The notes under the pieces are model-generated. The model did not search any database. It was not told the origin of the DNA and saw only the letters and a list, made by a program, of their open reading frames with translations. Positions 7,964 to 16,842 of a stretch of 20,000 nt of DNA are shown piece after piece. The position numbers were made by a program, and so were the translations under genes. Location of the stretch: the IMG/VR virus record IMGVR_UViG_3300025033_000017; one strand, written 5' to 3'. This DNA is from an uncultured virus (IMG/VR IMGVR_UViG_3300025033_000017). Its lineage: Duplodnaviria; Heunggongvirae; Uroviricota; Caudoviricetes. Numbering within the stretch: position 1 is the stretch's first letter; the number at the start of each line of letters is the position of its first letter.

Positions 7964-8447
7964 CAATGCTATTGCAATGAGAATATTGTATCTTCTCGTT
8001 CTTCCATTTAATAAGTGGAAGGCGTATGAAGAATGCATTATTGATGAAGACGGTAAGATCCTGCATCCAAAATCGAAGTCTGATAACTGGACGATGCTTC
8101 ATAGATTGGTTGCAAGACTAAAAATTTTGCTTGGCAAAATACCAGGCGGCAAGTCTGTATTTGCAACAACGGCCGCTGCCTATCTTCTCGTAAAAGAACA
8201 TCTTGAGAATGAAGATGAAAGTATTCTATTTGAGACTCGTTTCTTTACGAATAAATACGAAACAGAAGCACTAGAACCCCAGATAAAAAAAGCATATGAA
8301 TATCTTCTAGAGGACGGAATGGGAGTTACTGCTGTCGCGGGTGTTGGTGCAGATGGACCTGGTGACACGAATAAAGAACCTCCTGTCGATTTGAAAGACA
8401 AGAAAAAAGCAATATTGTTTGCAACGAAGCGAAAAGTGGTGAAATAA
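7947..8447 (+). CDS. Conserved hypothetical protein of T4-like phages (possibly virion)
   Basis: The pattern LLVLPFNKWKAY..CIIDEDGK...LHRLV.RLK.LL.KIPGG is recalled from T4-like phages. Overlaps its neighbours. Confidence 0.7.
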   Translation: MSNVIDNAIAMRILYLLVLPFNKWKAYEECIIDEDGKILHPKSKSDNWTMLHRLVARLKILLGKIPGGKSVFATTAAAYLLVKEHLENEDESILFETRFFTNKYETEALEPQIKKAYEYLLEDGMGVTAVAGVGADGPGDTNKEPPVDLKDKKKAILFATKRKVVK

Positions 8448-8890
8448 TGTTTACTATCATAACTATGTTTTTGAAAAACTTATCTCCGATGGCATATCTG
8501 TCTGGGATTCTTGGTATCATGCTTATTGTTATGTTTTCAATGTATGAGATAAAGAAGCTAGAAGTCAAATCTGATGATGCAAAAGTAGTTCAATTATCTA
8601 CGACTATTCAAACCCAAAATATGACTATTGCAAGTTTGAAGCAACAACGCGATAACGCAGTTGCTAGTATTGCAGTACAAAATAACGCGGTAGATGCATT
8701 GAAAAAGAAATCTGTATCACTTCAAGCCAAGGCAGATGAAGCTCAAAAGAGCGTTGTTATAAAAGAAACACAGATTCAAGGATTGATCAACGCGATTAAT
8801 TCAAAGCCTGTTCCAAAGGACTGCCAGGGAGCAATGAAAGAACTCGGAACTTTTATGAAATCATATGCTACAGATTGGAATAAACAATGA
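8447..8890 (+). CDS. i-spanin (Rz-like)
   Basis: N-terminal transmembrane segment, long Q/A/K coiled coil, C-terminal Cys (PVPKDC), and directly followed by a lipoprotein gene. Confidence 0.8.
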   Translation: MFTIITMFLKNLSPMAYLSGILGIMLIVMFSMYEIKKLEVKSDDAKVVQLSTTIQTQNMTIASLKQQRDNAVASIAVQNNAVDALKKKSVSLQAKADEAQKSVVIKETQIQGLINAINSKPVPKDCQGAMKELGTFMKSYATDWNKQ

Positions 8891-9168
8891 GATATCTATT
8901 CGTATTGATGTTTTTACTGACTGGTTGTGCGAATATGCAAAACAAGGATGACATCACAAACTGTCAAGTTGTTGATACTAAGATAATTGAGGTGCCTGTG
9001 TACACGGACTTGCCCGTTGTCAACGTTAAACGACCCGTTTTGACAGCCGCGGCTGCTGATCAATCAAAGCCCGATGAACTTGTCAAGGCACTAGAAGTTG
9101 ATCTAACGAATCTAAACGAATACACCAAGAATCTTGAAAAGGTACTTGGAATATATAAGGGTAATTGA
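8887..9168 (+). CDS. o-spanin (Rz1-like lipoprotein)
   Basis: Signal peptide with lipobox LLTG-C, a second Cys, and a Pro-containing mature part. 4-bp overlap with the i-spanin. Confidence 0.8.
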   Translation: MRYLFVLMFLLTGCANMQNKDDITNCQVVDTKIIEVPVYTDLPVVNVKRPVLTAAAADQSKPDELVKALEVDLTNLNEYTKNLEKVLGIYKGN

Positions 9169-9551
9169 TCATGGCAATATTAGCAAACGTTCATTTCAGA
9201 GGCGTAAACATAAAATCTGCGTATGTGAAGATACGAAAGAAATGGGGCAATGATGTTCATGGTTGGTGCTGCATTATGGGTGTCGCAGCCGATGCCGAAC
9301 TTGCGGCAAAGGGAATTTGGCTATATGAATTCAGTCTTGGACCCATACAAGGCGAACCATATGCCGCACTCTATAAAGCAGCATCCGATAAGTTTGTCAC
9401 CGAAGGTATCGAGCACCTACACGATCACGAAGTTGCAGTTGAAGCACAAAAAGAACTTGAAGTTCCTCCACTAAATGCTGATATTCCAAAAAAGACAAGA
9501 AAGAAAAAAGATGTACTATCGTCAAGCAAGAAACAGAATAAGAACGGGTGA
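9165..9551 (+). CDS. Hypothetical protein with a basic C-terminal tail
   Basis: Intact 128-aa ORF coupled to the o-spanin stop. Start could be 9165 or 9171. Confidence 0.6.
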   Translation: MIMAILANVHFRGVNIKSAYVKIRKKWGNDVHGWCCIMGVAADAELAAKGIWLYEFSLGPIQGEPYAALYKAASDKFVTEGIEHLHDHEVAVEAQKELEVPPLNADIPKKTRKKKDVLSSSKKQNKNG

Positions 9552-9984
9552 CTTACTGTTCTGGTCTGGAAATGATCTAGTAAGCACCGCAATAAAACTG
9601 GCAACAAGGTCAGAATACACACATGTCGGTATGGCATGGGTAACATCAGGGCGGGTTTTTGTTTTGGAAGCATATCCACCTAGCGTAAGAATAATGCCCC
9701 TAGGCACAAAAGCTCCATTCTATTGGGTGTCGATGTTTGGTCTTTCTGATGATGCCGTGAGTTTTGCAATGAAACATGTTGGCGACCCATATAGTAAACT
9801 AGACGCGATCAAGGCATACTTCAAAATGAGACTACCAAGAGGATCATGGGAATGCGCCGAATACGTCGCCAAGATTTATGCCCACGATGGTCTACCAATG
9901 ACGTTAGATAAGTACACCCCTGCAGATGTGATGAATTGGTGCAAAAGTCTAGTCAGAAAAGTGGAGTTTGTTGATCATGACTGA
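9511..9984 (+). CDS. Permuted papain-like NlpC/P60 amidase (YiiX/YaeF-like)
   Basis: GDLLF...S..IK..TRSEYTHVG (His), LEA, G.PY and WECAEYV (Cys after His = permuted order). The ATG at 9511 is more plausible than the track start at 9475. Confidence 0.85.
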   Translation: MYYRQARNRIRTGDLLFWSGNDLVSTAIKLATRSEYTHVGMAWVTSGRVFVLEAYPPSVRIMPLGTKAPFYWVSMFGLSDDAVSFAMKHVGDPYSKLDAIKAYFKMRLPRGSWECAEYVAKIYAHDGLPMTLDKYTPADVMNWCKSLVRKVEFVDHD

Positions 9985-10405
9985 TTCAATCATAAAATTC
10001 CTCCAATTCGTTACAACACTAGATTACTCGGGTATATCGGTGTTGTTGATGCTCGTGATTCTGTTAGGATTTCTTATCAGAGCACATTTTTCCAAAACCT
10101 CAGCATTCTTCTTCGACAAGTTGTTCCTAAACGATTTCGATAGACCGTCTATATCTCAGATTGCAATCGTTATAAGTCTTATCTTGTCCGCTTGGGCATT
10201 TGTCTTTCTAACGTTGAAAGATTTAATGACAACAGGGTATTTCATGGGCTTTCTAAGCGTATGGGTAGTACAAAGCGGATACAGTAAATGGATGGACTCA
10301 TTGAAGATTCCAAAGATGGATGACGTGAAGAACTTATTCGCTAACGGAACACCGTCGCTTGACGACGTGAAGAAACTTTTCAATATCGGACAGAACTCGT
10401 CCTAA
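9977..10405 (+). CDS. Three-TM membrane protein, candidate holin
   Basis: Three hydrophobic segments and a charged C-terminal tail. Lies at the end of the spanin cassette. GGAG RBS at 9963. Confidence 0.55.
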   Translation: MTDSIIKFLQFVTTLDYSGISVLLMLVILLGFLIRAHFSKTSAFFFDKLFLNDFDRPSISQIAIVISLILSAWAFVFLTLKDLMTTGYFMGFLSVWVVQSGYSKWMDSLKIPKMDDVKNLFANGTPSLDDVKKLFNIGQNSS

Positions 10406-10440
10406 ATTACCATACGCAACGGCAGCGACCGGAGGGATAG

Positions 10441-10645
10441 TGCATTTAGATGCATCATTTAGCGAACTTCGTTCGCCCTCGCTTCGCTCGTCGCATCTTT
10501 TATTGGAACTAACTTAGAACTTTTGGTGCATCAATTAGCGACCACTGATGCATGATGATAAACATATTTAAGGTAGCACGAGCGCGTATTCAATAATCTA
10601 ACACGTGCTGGAATTTATGTCAAATATTTTTGTAAGTTGTTGATA
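10441..10645. other. Structured intergenic region: inverted and direct repeats, GAA-loop mini-hairpins and an IHF-consensus site (candidate origin and/or terminator)
   Basis: GCGAAC-TTC-GTTCGC 10462-10476; GCTTCGC 10481-10487; TGCATCA...TGATGCA 10527-10552; AGCACG...CGTGCT 10575-10609; TAAGTTGTTGATA 10633-10645. Confidence 0.5.
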
Positions 10646-10674
10646 ACTAATCGATAATTTAAGCAAAAATAAAC

Positions 10675-10703
10675 TTGAAAATAAGTCTTTCCTACAGTAA
10701 AAT
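10675..10703 (+). promoter_or_regulatory. Sigma70-like early promoter upstream of primase
   Basis: TTGAAA-N17-TAAAAT with an A-rich upstream tract; GGAG RBS before the ATG at 10728. Confidence 0.7.
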
Positions 10704-10727
10704 AACTGTATTCGACATGGAGTTACT

Positions 10728-11741
10728 ATGTTTTATCTTGATGTTCAATACGCCCGCCGAATTGCTTACAAACTAAATCGATTCAAAGTCAAAAAAGACA
10801 ATGGAAACGTCTTCGAAGCGGCATTCCGCTGTCCGATTTGCGGGGACTCAGAAAAGTCAGAAGCAAAGACTCGTGGTGGTCTGTACACAAAAGACAGCCA
10901 TCTTTATATGCATTGTTTCAATTGTAATGCGAACATGCACTTCGGACAGTTTTTGAAGCACATCGACTTTCCTCTCTGGGAAGAATACAAACTCGAAAAA
11001 TTCAAGCATAACGTAAAATATAACCCACCGAAGGAACCAGTAAAACATGAGCCAGTTTTTATAAACCCTGCATGGTCAGACGGGTTGGAGCGTATCGATT
11101 TACTAAATGACGATCATCGTGCTAAGATGTATCTGACTAAAAGAATGATACCAAAAGACAAACTAAACTTGTTTTATTATGCTCCAAAATTCTTTGAGTG
11201 GTCAAGATCGAACACCGATAAGTTCAAGGATGCTCATACAGACGATCATGAACGGATCGTTATGCCTTGGTTCGATAAAGATGGTCGTTTCTTCGCATAT
11301 CAAGCACGCGCGATGGGAGACGAACAACCGAAGTATTATTCCATCGTTCTTGACAAGTCTGTTCCTAGAATTTATGGGCTTGATCGTATCGACTGGAACA
11401 AGAAAATTTATTGTGTCGAAGGTCCGATGGACTCATTGTTTCTAGATAACGCGGTGGCTGTTGGCACGAGCGCTCTATACATGTTCCAAACGGACGATCA
11501 GGAAGTGATCTATGTTCCAGACAACGAAAACCGAAACAAGGAAATTCTCAAGGTCTACTCGAAGTTGATCAAACTCGGTAAAAACGTTGTCATTCCGCCA
11601 GACAATTGCGAGTTCAAGGATATCAACGATGCTATCATAGAAAAATTTGACGTGAAATCAATGATAGACGATAATATCTATAGTGGTCTTCGTGCTCAAG
11701 TAAAACTTAACGAGTGGAAGAGGGTTGATTATGAGAGTTAA
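10728..11741 (+). CDS. 61: T4 gp61-like DNA primase
   Basis: Zn finger RCPICGDS...HCFNC, YQARA, and TOPRIM motifs VEGPMDS, PDNE and KDIND. Confidence 0.95.
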   Translation: MFYLDVQYARRIAYKLNRFKVKKDNGNVFEAAFRCPICGDSEKSEAKTRGGLYTKDSHLYMHCFNCNANMHFGQFLKHIDFPLWEEYKLEKFKHNVKYNPPKEPVKHEPVFINPAWSDGLERIDLLNDDHRAKMYLTKRMIPKDKLNLFYYAPKFFEWSRSNTDKFKDAHTDDHERIVMPWFDKDGRFFAYQARAMGDEQPKYYSIVLDKSVPRIYGLDRIDWNKKIYCVEGPMDSLFLDNAVAVGTSALYMFQTDDQEVIYVPDNENRNKEILKVYSKLIKLGKNVVIPPDNCEFKDINDAIIEKFDVKSMIDDNIYSGLRAQVKLNEWKRVDYES

Positions 11742-11994
11742 AGGAATAGAAACAAAACAAGTTGAATTGGATATTAGCACCGAAGAACTACTTCGAGTAG
11801 TAATGGCGATAACCAAAGAAAATAATCCTGTACTCACTCAATTTGGAAAATCGAAATGGTGACTTATATGAATTTGATTATTTTGATATTCATAAGAGAG
11901 AGAAGACTACTATAAGTTTGCTTGTAAGGCAACACCAGAAGAATTGGGGGTGTTTGAACGAGTTAAATGGATTGTTTCACAACTAAAGGATTGA
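11731..11994 (+). pseudogene. Frameshifted paralog of the 81-aa protein at 12746-12991
   Basis: MRVKGIETKQVELDISTEELL resembles MIIKGTQTVSIDVSERDIL, and KATPEELGVFERVKWIVSQLK resembles LATPYELETYNKFLWLISILK. Both ends are in one frame, but the middle (about 11845-11900) has stops and reads sensibly only in another frame. Confidence 0.65.
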
Positions 11995-11998
11995 ATGA

Positions 11999-12733
11999 AT
12001 GAGTGACGCCCACGTTTTACGTAATGAAGTATTAACAAACACAATTCCTGTTCTTGATTCGAGTTATATGCTGTATTATACTACTACAACTACTGACATA
12101 TTTGCCCCGCAAGTCACTGGAAAAATTGTTCACGATTATATGCATCCGAAACCACCTAACAAACATTATCTTGAGACTGTTACAGGGACGACAGTTGACG
12201 TTGAAAATCCTACAGAGGATATGATCAACATTCAAGATATCGCATGGGGATTATCACGCATTCCCAGATTCGCAGGGCACACAATCACTAAGGTTCCATA
12301 CTCGGTAGCCCAACATTCTATTATGGTGATGCGTTATATTAGGGATAATTTTGAAGATTCTTCTAGTGAAATTCTCATGCAAGCGTTATTGCATGACGCA
12401 GCCGAAGTTTACATCGGAGATATTCCTTCTCCTATAAAGAAACTGCCTTCTATTCGTGAAAGTATCAAGACAATAGAAAACAGACTGATGTTGAGTATCT
12501 ACAGTAAATTTAATCTATGTATTCCAACACCGGAAGGTGAAGCTCTTATTAAGAAGTCTGACCTTCGTGCTCGTGCAATCGAGGCACATAATTTCATGGT
12601 TTCACGAGGGAAGACTTGGAATTTACCTGAAGTGGATTTACTGACTCTCCAGAGTTTTGAACCGCCCATGATAGCACAAGACGCATACAAGTTGTTCATG
12701 AAGGAATTTAAGGAGTTACAAGAATATGTATAA
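11999..12733 (+). CDS. HD-domain deoxynucleotide phosphohydrolase (YfbR/YfdR-like)
   Basis: DIAWGLSRIPRFAGH, YSVAQHS, ALLHDAAEVYIGDIPSPIK and a distal D. The start position is uncertain. Confidence 0.9.
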   Translation: MSDAHVLRNEVLTNTIPVLDSSYMLYYTTTTTDIFAPQVTGKIVHDYMHPKPPNKHYLETVTGTTVDVENPTEDMINIQDIAWGLSRIPRFAGHTITKVPYSVAQHSIMVMRYIRDNFEDSSSEILMQALLHDAAEVYIGDIPSPIKKLPSIRESIKTIENRLMLSIYSKFNLCIPTPEGEALIKKSDLRARAIEAHNFMVSRGKTWNLPEVDLLTLQSFEPPMIAQDAYKLFMKEFKELQEYV

Positions 12734-12745
12734 TGTGTTATTTAA

Positions 12746-12991
12746 ATGATTATAAAAGGAACACAAACGGTATCAATTGATGTTAGTGAACGTGATATAC
12801 TTGATGCATTAACAATTCTAAGGAAACGATATTCGGCAAATTTTAGCAATAGTTATATAGATAAAGATGGCCGATGGAATAATTACTCAGAAAATCATCC
12901 TCATAGCAGAGATGATGCGGGCGAGTTGGCAACTCCATACGAACTTGAAACTTATAATAAGTTCTTGTGGTTAATAAGTATTTTAAAGTAA
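12746..12991 (+). CDS. Hypothetical protein (81 aa)
   Basis: Intact AT-rich ORF; the decayed paralog at 11731 supports it being coding. Confidence 0.65.
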   Translation: MIIKGTQTVSIDVSERDILDALTILRKRYSANFSNSYIDKDGRWNNYSENHPHSRDDAGELATPYELETYNKFLWLISILK

Positions 12992-13000
12992 AGGAAAAAG

Positions 13001-13672
13001 ATGCCAAATGTAAAGTTAGTTGCAATCACAAACCCTGTAGTTGGTGGTATTAATACCGCAGAAGAATTCGTAGCCTACGCAGCTAGGGTAAGCAATCCCG
13101 GCAATCAGATTAATAATGAGACTGCACCAAAACTGCTTGCTTATCTTATGAAGCATAAGCATTGGTCACCCCTAGAAATGGTTTCACTTACAATGGAGAT
13201 TGAGACCACCCGTGACATTGGTCGGCAGATTTTAAGGCATCGTTCATTCTCGTTTCAGGAGTTTTCTCAACGGTATGCAGATGCGCGAGAAATGGGGTTT
13301 GAGTTCCGTGATGCCAGATTGCAAGATCAAAAGAATCGCCAAAATAGTATTGACACGAATGATGTTGATCTAAAAATGCTGTGGCAATCAAAACAAGAGT
13401 CTGTATTGGGCGAATCACAGAAAGCATATGACTGGGCAATCAAGAATGGTATTGCAAAGGAACAAGCCAGAGCAGTTTTGCCAGAAGGAATGACTCATAG
13501 TAGACTTTATATGGCAGGTTCGCTTCGTTCTTGGATTCATTATTGTGCGCTAAGATGCGCCAATGGTACACAGAAAGAGCATCAAGAAGTCGCGTTGAAA
13601 TCATGGGACGTTATTTGTAAAGAGTTTCCATCAATCGCCGCTATCTCCGCTGAGGTATTATTGAATGGATAA
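13001..13672 (+). CDS. thyX: Flavin-dependent thymidylate synthase
   Basis: RHRSFSFQEFSQRY (RHRx7S) motif, HWSPLE and EQARAVLP. Confidence 0.97.
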   Translation: MPNVKLVAITNPVVGGINTAEEFVAYAARVSNPGNQINNETAPKLLAYLMKHKHWSPLEMVSLTMEIETTRDIGRQILRHRSFSFQEFSQRYADAREMGFEFRDARLQDQKNRQNSIDTNDVDLKMLWQSKQESVLGESQKAYDWAIKNGIAKEQARAVLPEGMTHSRLYMAGSLRSWIHYCALRCANGTQKEHQEVALKSWDVICKEFPSIAAISAEVLLNG

Positions 13673-13838
13673 CACTAAGATTCGGATTTTTCAATATTAT
13701 GATGGATTTGGTATTGAGATTAACACCAAAGATGATGAGTATCGTTTCGACTTTGGACAAGAGGATACAGTCAGTGATTTAGTTGACGTATTCAATTCAC
13801 TAGGATTCAAAAAAGTAACTTATGAAGATGTGATGTAA
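13665..13838 (+). CDS. Small acidic hypothetical protein (57 aa, not in the ORF track)
   Basis: MDNTKIRIFQYYDGFGIEINTKDDEYRFDFGQEDTVSDLVDVFNSLGFKKVTYEDVM; GAGGT RBS; fills the gap exactly. Confidence 0.65.
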   Translation: MDNTKIRIFQYYDGFGIEINTKDDEYRFDFGQEDTVSDLVDVFNSLGFKKVTYEDVM

Positions 13839-14477
13839 ATGAAAAACAACTATACACACGTGACAAATCTGTTGGATCGTTCCGGTTCAATGTGTATCGT
13901 AGCAAATGATGTTGTTGGTGGTGGAATGAAGACGTTCATCGATGAACAGAAGAACGTTCCCGGCGAATGCACCATGAGTCTTTAACAGTTCGATGATAGT
14001 TTCCAAGCAGATTTTGAACTTCAACCAATTCAAGATGTTAACTCAAACATTACGTTCAATCCTCGAGGTTGGACTGCTTTGTACGATGCAATTGGTAAAT
14101 CGATCATTCAAACTGGTGAGCATCTTGCCAATATGAAGGACGAAGATCGTCCAGAAAAAGTTTTATTCGTCATCTTCACGGATGGTGAAGAAAATCACAG
14201 TTCCGAATATAACTACATTCGCGTGAAAGAACTAATTAAAGAACAAACGGACAAGTACAACTGACAGTTTATCTATCTTGGCGCAAATCAAGATGGTATG
14301 GTAACTGGTGCCAGTCTAGGAATCTCTGCTGCTAAAACAGTTACGTATGATGTTTATGCAACCGGATCGACCTTTGCAAATCTATCATCAAAAGCCGCGT
14401 CATATCGTTCAGTCGTTGCAAATGATGATGTACTAAACTATACTGCCGCCGAACACGAAGCGGTTTTGAACAAATAA
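13839..14477 (+). pseudogene. von Willebrand factor A (vWA) domain gene with two in-frame stops
   Basis: MIDAS motif LLDRSGSM, PRGWTALYDAIG, IFTDGEEN and FIYLGANQD all in one frame, interrupted by TAA 13983-13985 and TGA 14262-14264. Confidence 0.88.
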
Positions 14478-14490
14478 GGAAAAATATTTT

Positions 14491-14976
14491 ATGAGTCAAA
14501 TCAACGTAAAAATCGTAAACAAATCAAAGCATAAGCTACCACAATACGAAACATCTGGTGCATCCGGCATGGATATTCGTGCAAACTTGGAAACTTCAAG
14601 CATAAGTATTGCTCCCGGGCAAACTGTTCTAGTTCCTACCGGGGTGTTTGTTGAGATTCCAGATGGATATGAAATCCAAGTCCGACCTAGAAGTGGTCTA
14701 TCGCTAAAAACGAAGTTGCGAGTCGCAAACAGCCCAGGAACGATTGATTCTTGCTATCGTGGAGAAATTAAAGTTATCATGACAAACACGGCAGACGCCG
14801 TGCATAACTACACAATAGGGATACAACATGTCTCCTACGAAAATGAAGTTATCAATGATGGTGATAGGATTGCACAAATCGTTTTGTGTGAAGTGCCAAA
14901 AATCAACTGGGTTTACGCGACTGAATTATCTGATACTGATCGGGGAACTGGGGGATTTGGCTCAACAGGAAAATAA
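14491..14976 (+). CDS. dut: Trimeric dUTPase
   Basis: Five motifs: SGMDI, RPRSGL, GTIDSCYRGE, RIAQ and RGTGGFGSTG. Confidence 0.97.
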   Translation: MSQINVKIVNKSKHKLPQYETSGASGMDIRANLETSSISIAPGQTVLVPTGVFVEIPDGYEIQVRPRSGLSLKTKLRVANSPGTIDSCYRGEIKVIMTNTADAVHNYTIGIQHVSYENEVINDGDRIAQIVLCEVPKINWVYATELSDTDRGTGGFGSTGK

Positions 14977-14985
14977 GGATAAAAC

Positions 14986-16842
14986 GTGGATAAGACTCAA
15001 GAAATTTTAAGTGATGTAACGGTTTTTTTGAAATATGCGAAGTACATTCCAGAACTAAAGCGTAGAGAGAACTGGCAAGACTTGACTGAACGAAACATGG
15101 CAATGCATATTCGCAAGTATCCGGAACTAAAGGAAGAAATCAAGAAGATCTACCGGAACTTTGTTACCTCCAAAAAGGTTCTTCCTTCAATGCGATCGCT
15201 ACAGTTTGGTGGTCGCCCAATCGAATTAAGTAACACAAGGATTTACAATTGTAGCTATCTCCCACTTGATCATTCCGATTCCTTCTCCGAAACGATGTTC
15301 TTGTTGTTGTCGGGAACTGGCGTAGGCATCGGCGTACAGAAGTTTCAAGTTGAAAAGTTACCGATGGTCGTTGGACCCAAGAACAAATATCGACGTTTTC
15401 TAGTCGGCGACTCCATTGAGGGTTGGTCCGATGCGGTTAAAGTTTTGATGGAAGCATACTTCAAAAACAAGTCTGAACCAGTTTTCGACTTCCGTGATAT
15501 TCGTCCCAAGGGAGCAAGACTGATCACTTCTGGGGGTAAGGCTCCCGGACCAGACCCGCTCAGAATTTGTATTGACAAGGTACGTAGTGTACTAAACAAT
15601 GCGATCGGCAGAAAGCTGATTCCTCTTGAAGCCCATGACATTGCTTGTCACATTGCCGACGCTGTTCTTGCTGGAGGTATTCGACGTGCTGCCATGATTT
15701 CCTTGTTCTCCGCTGATGACGTTGACATGATGACATGTAAGAGTGGAGCGTGGTGGGAACTGAATCCTCAACGTGGTCGAGCAAACAATTCGGTAACCCT
15801 GCATCGTGATTACATTACAGAATCACAGTTCAAAGCACTGTGGAAGAAGACTCAAGAATCTGGCGCCGGTGAACCTGGCGTTTATTGGACAAATAATCTA
15901 GATTGGGGAACTAATCCCTGTTGTGAAGTTGCCCTGCGCCCATACTCTTTCTGTAATCTTACAGAGGTAAACGTATCCGACACCGACACACAGGAAGAAC
16001 TAAACGCACGTGTCAAATCTGCCGCATTCATCGGAACACTTCAAGCTGGATATACGAGTTTCCATTACTTGAGACAAATTTGGGAAGAAACAACCAAAGC
16101 TGATGCGTTGATCGGCGTTGGGTTGACTGGTATTGGTTCAGGTGCGGTTCTAAAACTTGATCTGACAGAAGCAGCAAACGTGGTCAAGGAAGAAAATCTT
16201 CGTGTTGCTAACATGATCGGAATCAATCCCGCCGCGAGAACTACCGTTATCAAACCTGCAGGCACAACATCACTTGTTGTTGGTTCAGCATCAGGCATCC
16301 ATGCATGGCATAACGATTACTACCTCCGTCGAATTCGCGTTGGTAAGAACGAATCATTGTACACATACATGATTGAAAATCTTCCAGAGTTGGTTGCAGA
16401 CGACCACTTTATGCCACATATCCAAGCGGTGATTTCGTTCCCACAAAAGGCTCCAGAAGGTTCGATTCTTCGCACAGAGAGTTACATGGACCTTCTTGAA
16501 CGTGTGAAGAAATTCAATCTTGAATGGATTCACAAGGGTCATAATGATGGAGACAATCACAACAACGTATCTTGCACGATATCACTGAGAGATGACGAAT
16601 GGGATGATTGTGGAGACTGGATGTGGGAGAATCGTCACACGTACAACGGTATTTCTGTTCTACCTTACGCCGGTGGTTCTTACATTCAAGCTCCTTTTGA
16701 AGACATAGACGAATATCAGTTCAACGAGATTGTAAAACATCTTCATGCGATAAATCTTGTCAACGTTATTGAGGAAGACGGAAGCAATGTGAATCTACAA
16801 GCAGAGCCCGCATGTGCGGGCGGAGCATGTGAGGTAAGATGA
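14986..16842 (+). CDS. nrdJ: Class II (adenosylcobalamin-dependent, monomeric RTPR-like) ribonucleotide reductase
   Basis: YNCS, GTGVG, GGIRRAA, NPCCE, CNLTE, KPAGT and C-terminal CAGGAC. No nrdB follows. GTG start. Confidence 0.9.
   Translation: MDKTQEILSDVTVFLKYAKYIPELKRRENWQDLTERNMAMHIRKYPELKEEIKKIYRNFVTSKKVLPSMRSLQFGGRPIELSNTRIYNCSYLPLDHSDSFSETMFLLLSGTGVGIGVQKFQVEKLPMVVGPKNKYRRFLVGDSIEGWSDAVKVLMEAYFKNKSEPVFDFRDIRPKGARLITSGGKAPGPDPLRICIDKVRSVLNNAIGRKLIPLEAHDIACHIADAVLAGGIRRAAMISLFSADDVDMMTCKSGAWWELNPQRGRANNSVTLHRDYITESQFKALWKKTQESGAGEPGVYWTNNLDWGTNPCCEVALRPYSFCNLTEVNVSDTDTQEELNARVKSAAFIGTLQAGYTSFHYLRQIWEETTKADALIGVGLTGIGSGAVLKLDLTEAANVVKEENLRVANMIGINPAARTTVIKPAGTTSLVVGSASGIHAWHNDYYLRRIRVGKNESLYTYMIENLPELVADDHFMPHIQAVISFPQKAPEGSILRTESYMDLLERVKKFNLEWIHKGHNDGDNHNNVSCTISLRDDEWDDCGDWMWENRHTYNGISVLPYAGGSYIQAPFEDIDEYQFNEIVKHLHAINLVNVIEEDGSNVNLQAEPACAGGACEVR

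Noticed and set aside
14986..16842. Intein or intron in the RNR, or in helicase, primase or thyX
   Set aside because: The frames are continuous and of compact length, with no splice motifs or insertions apparent.
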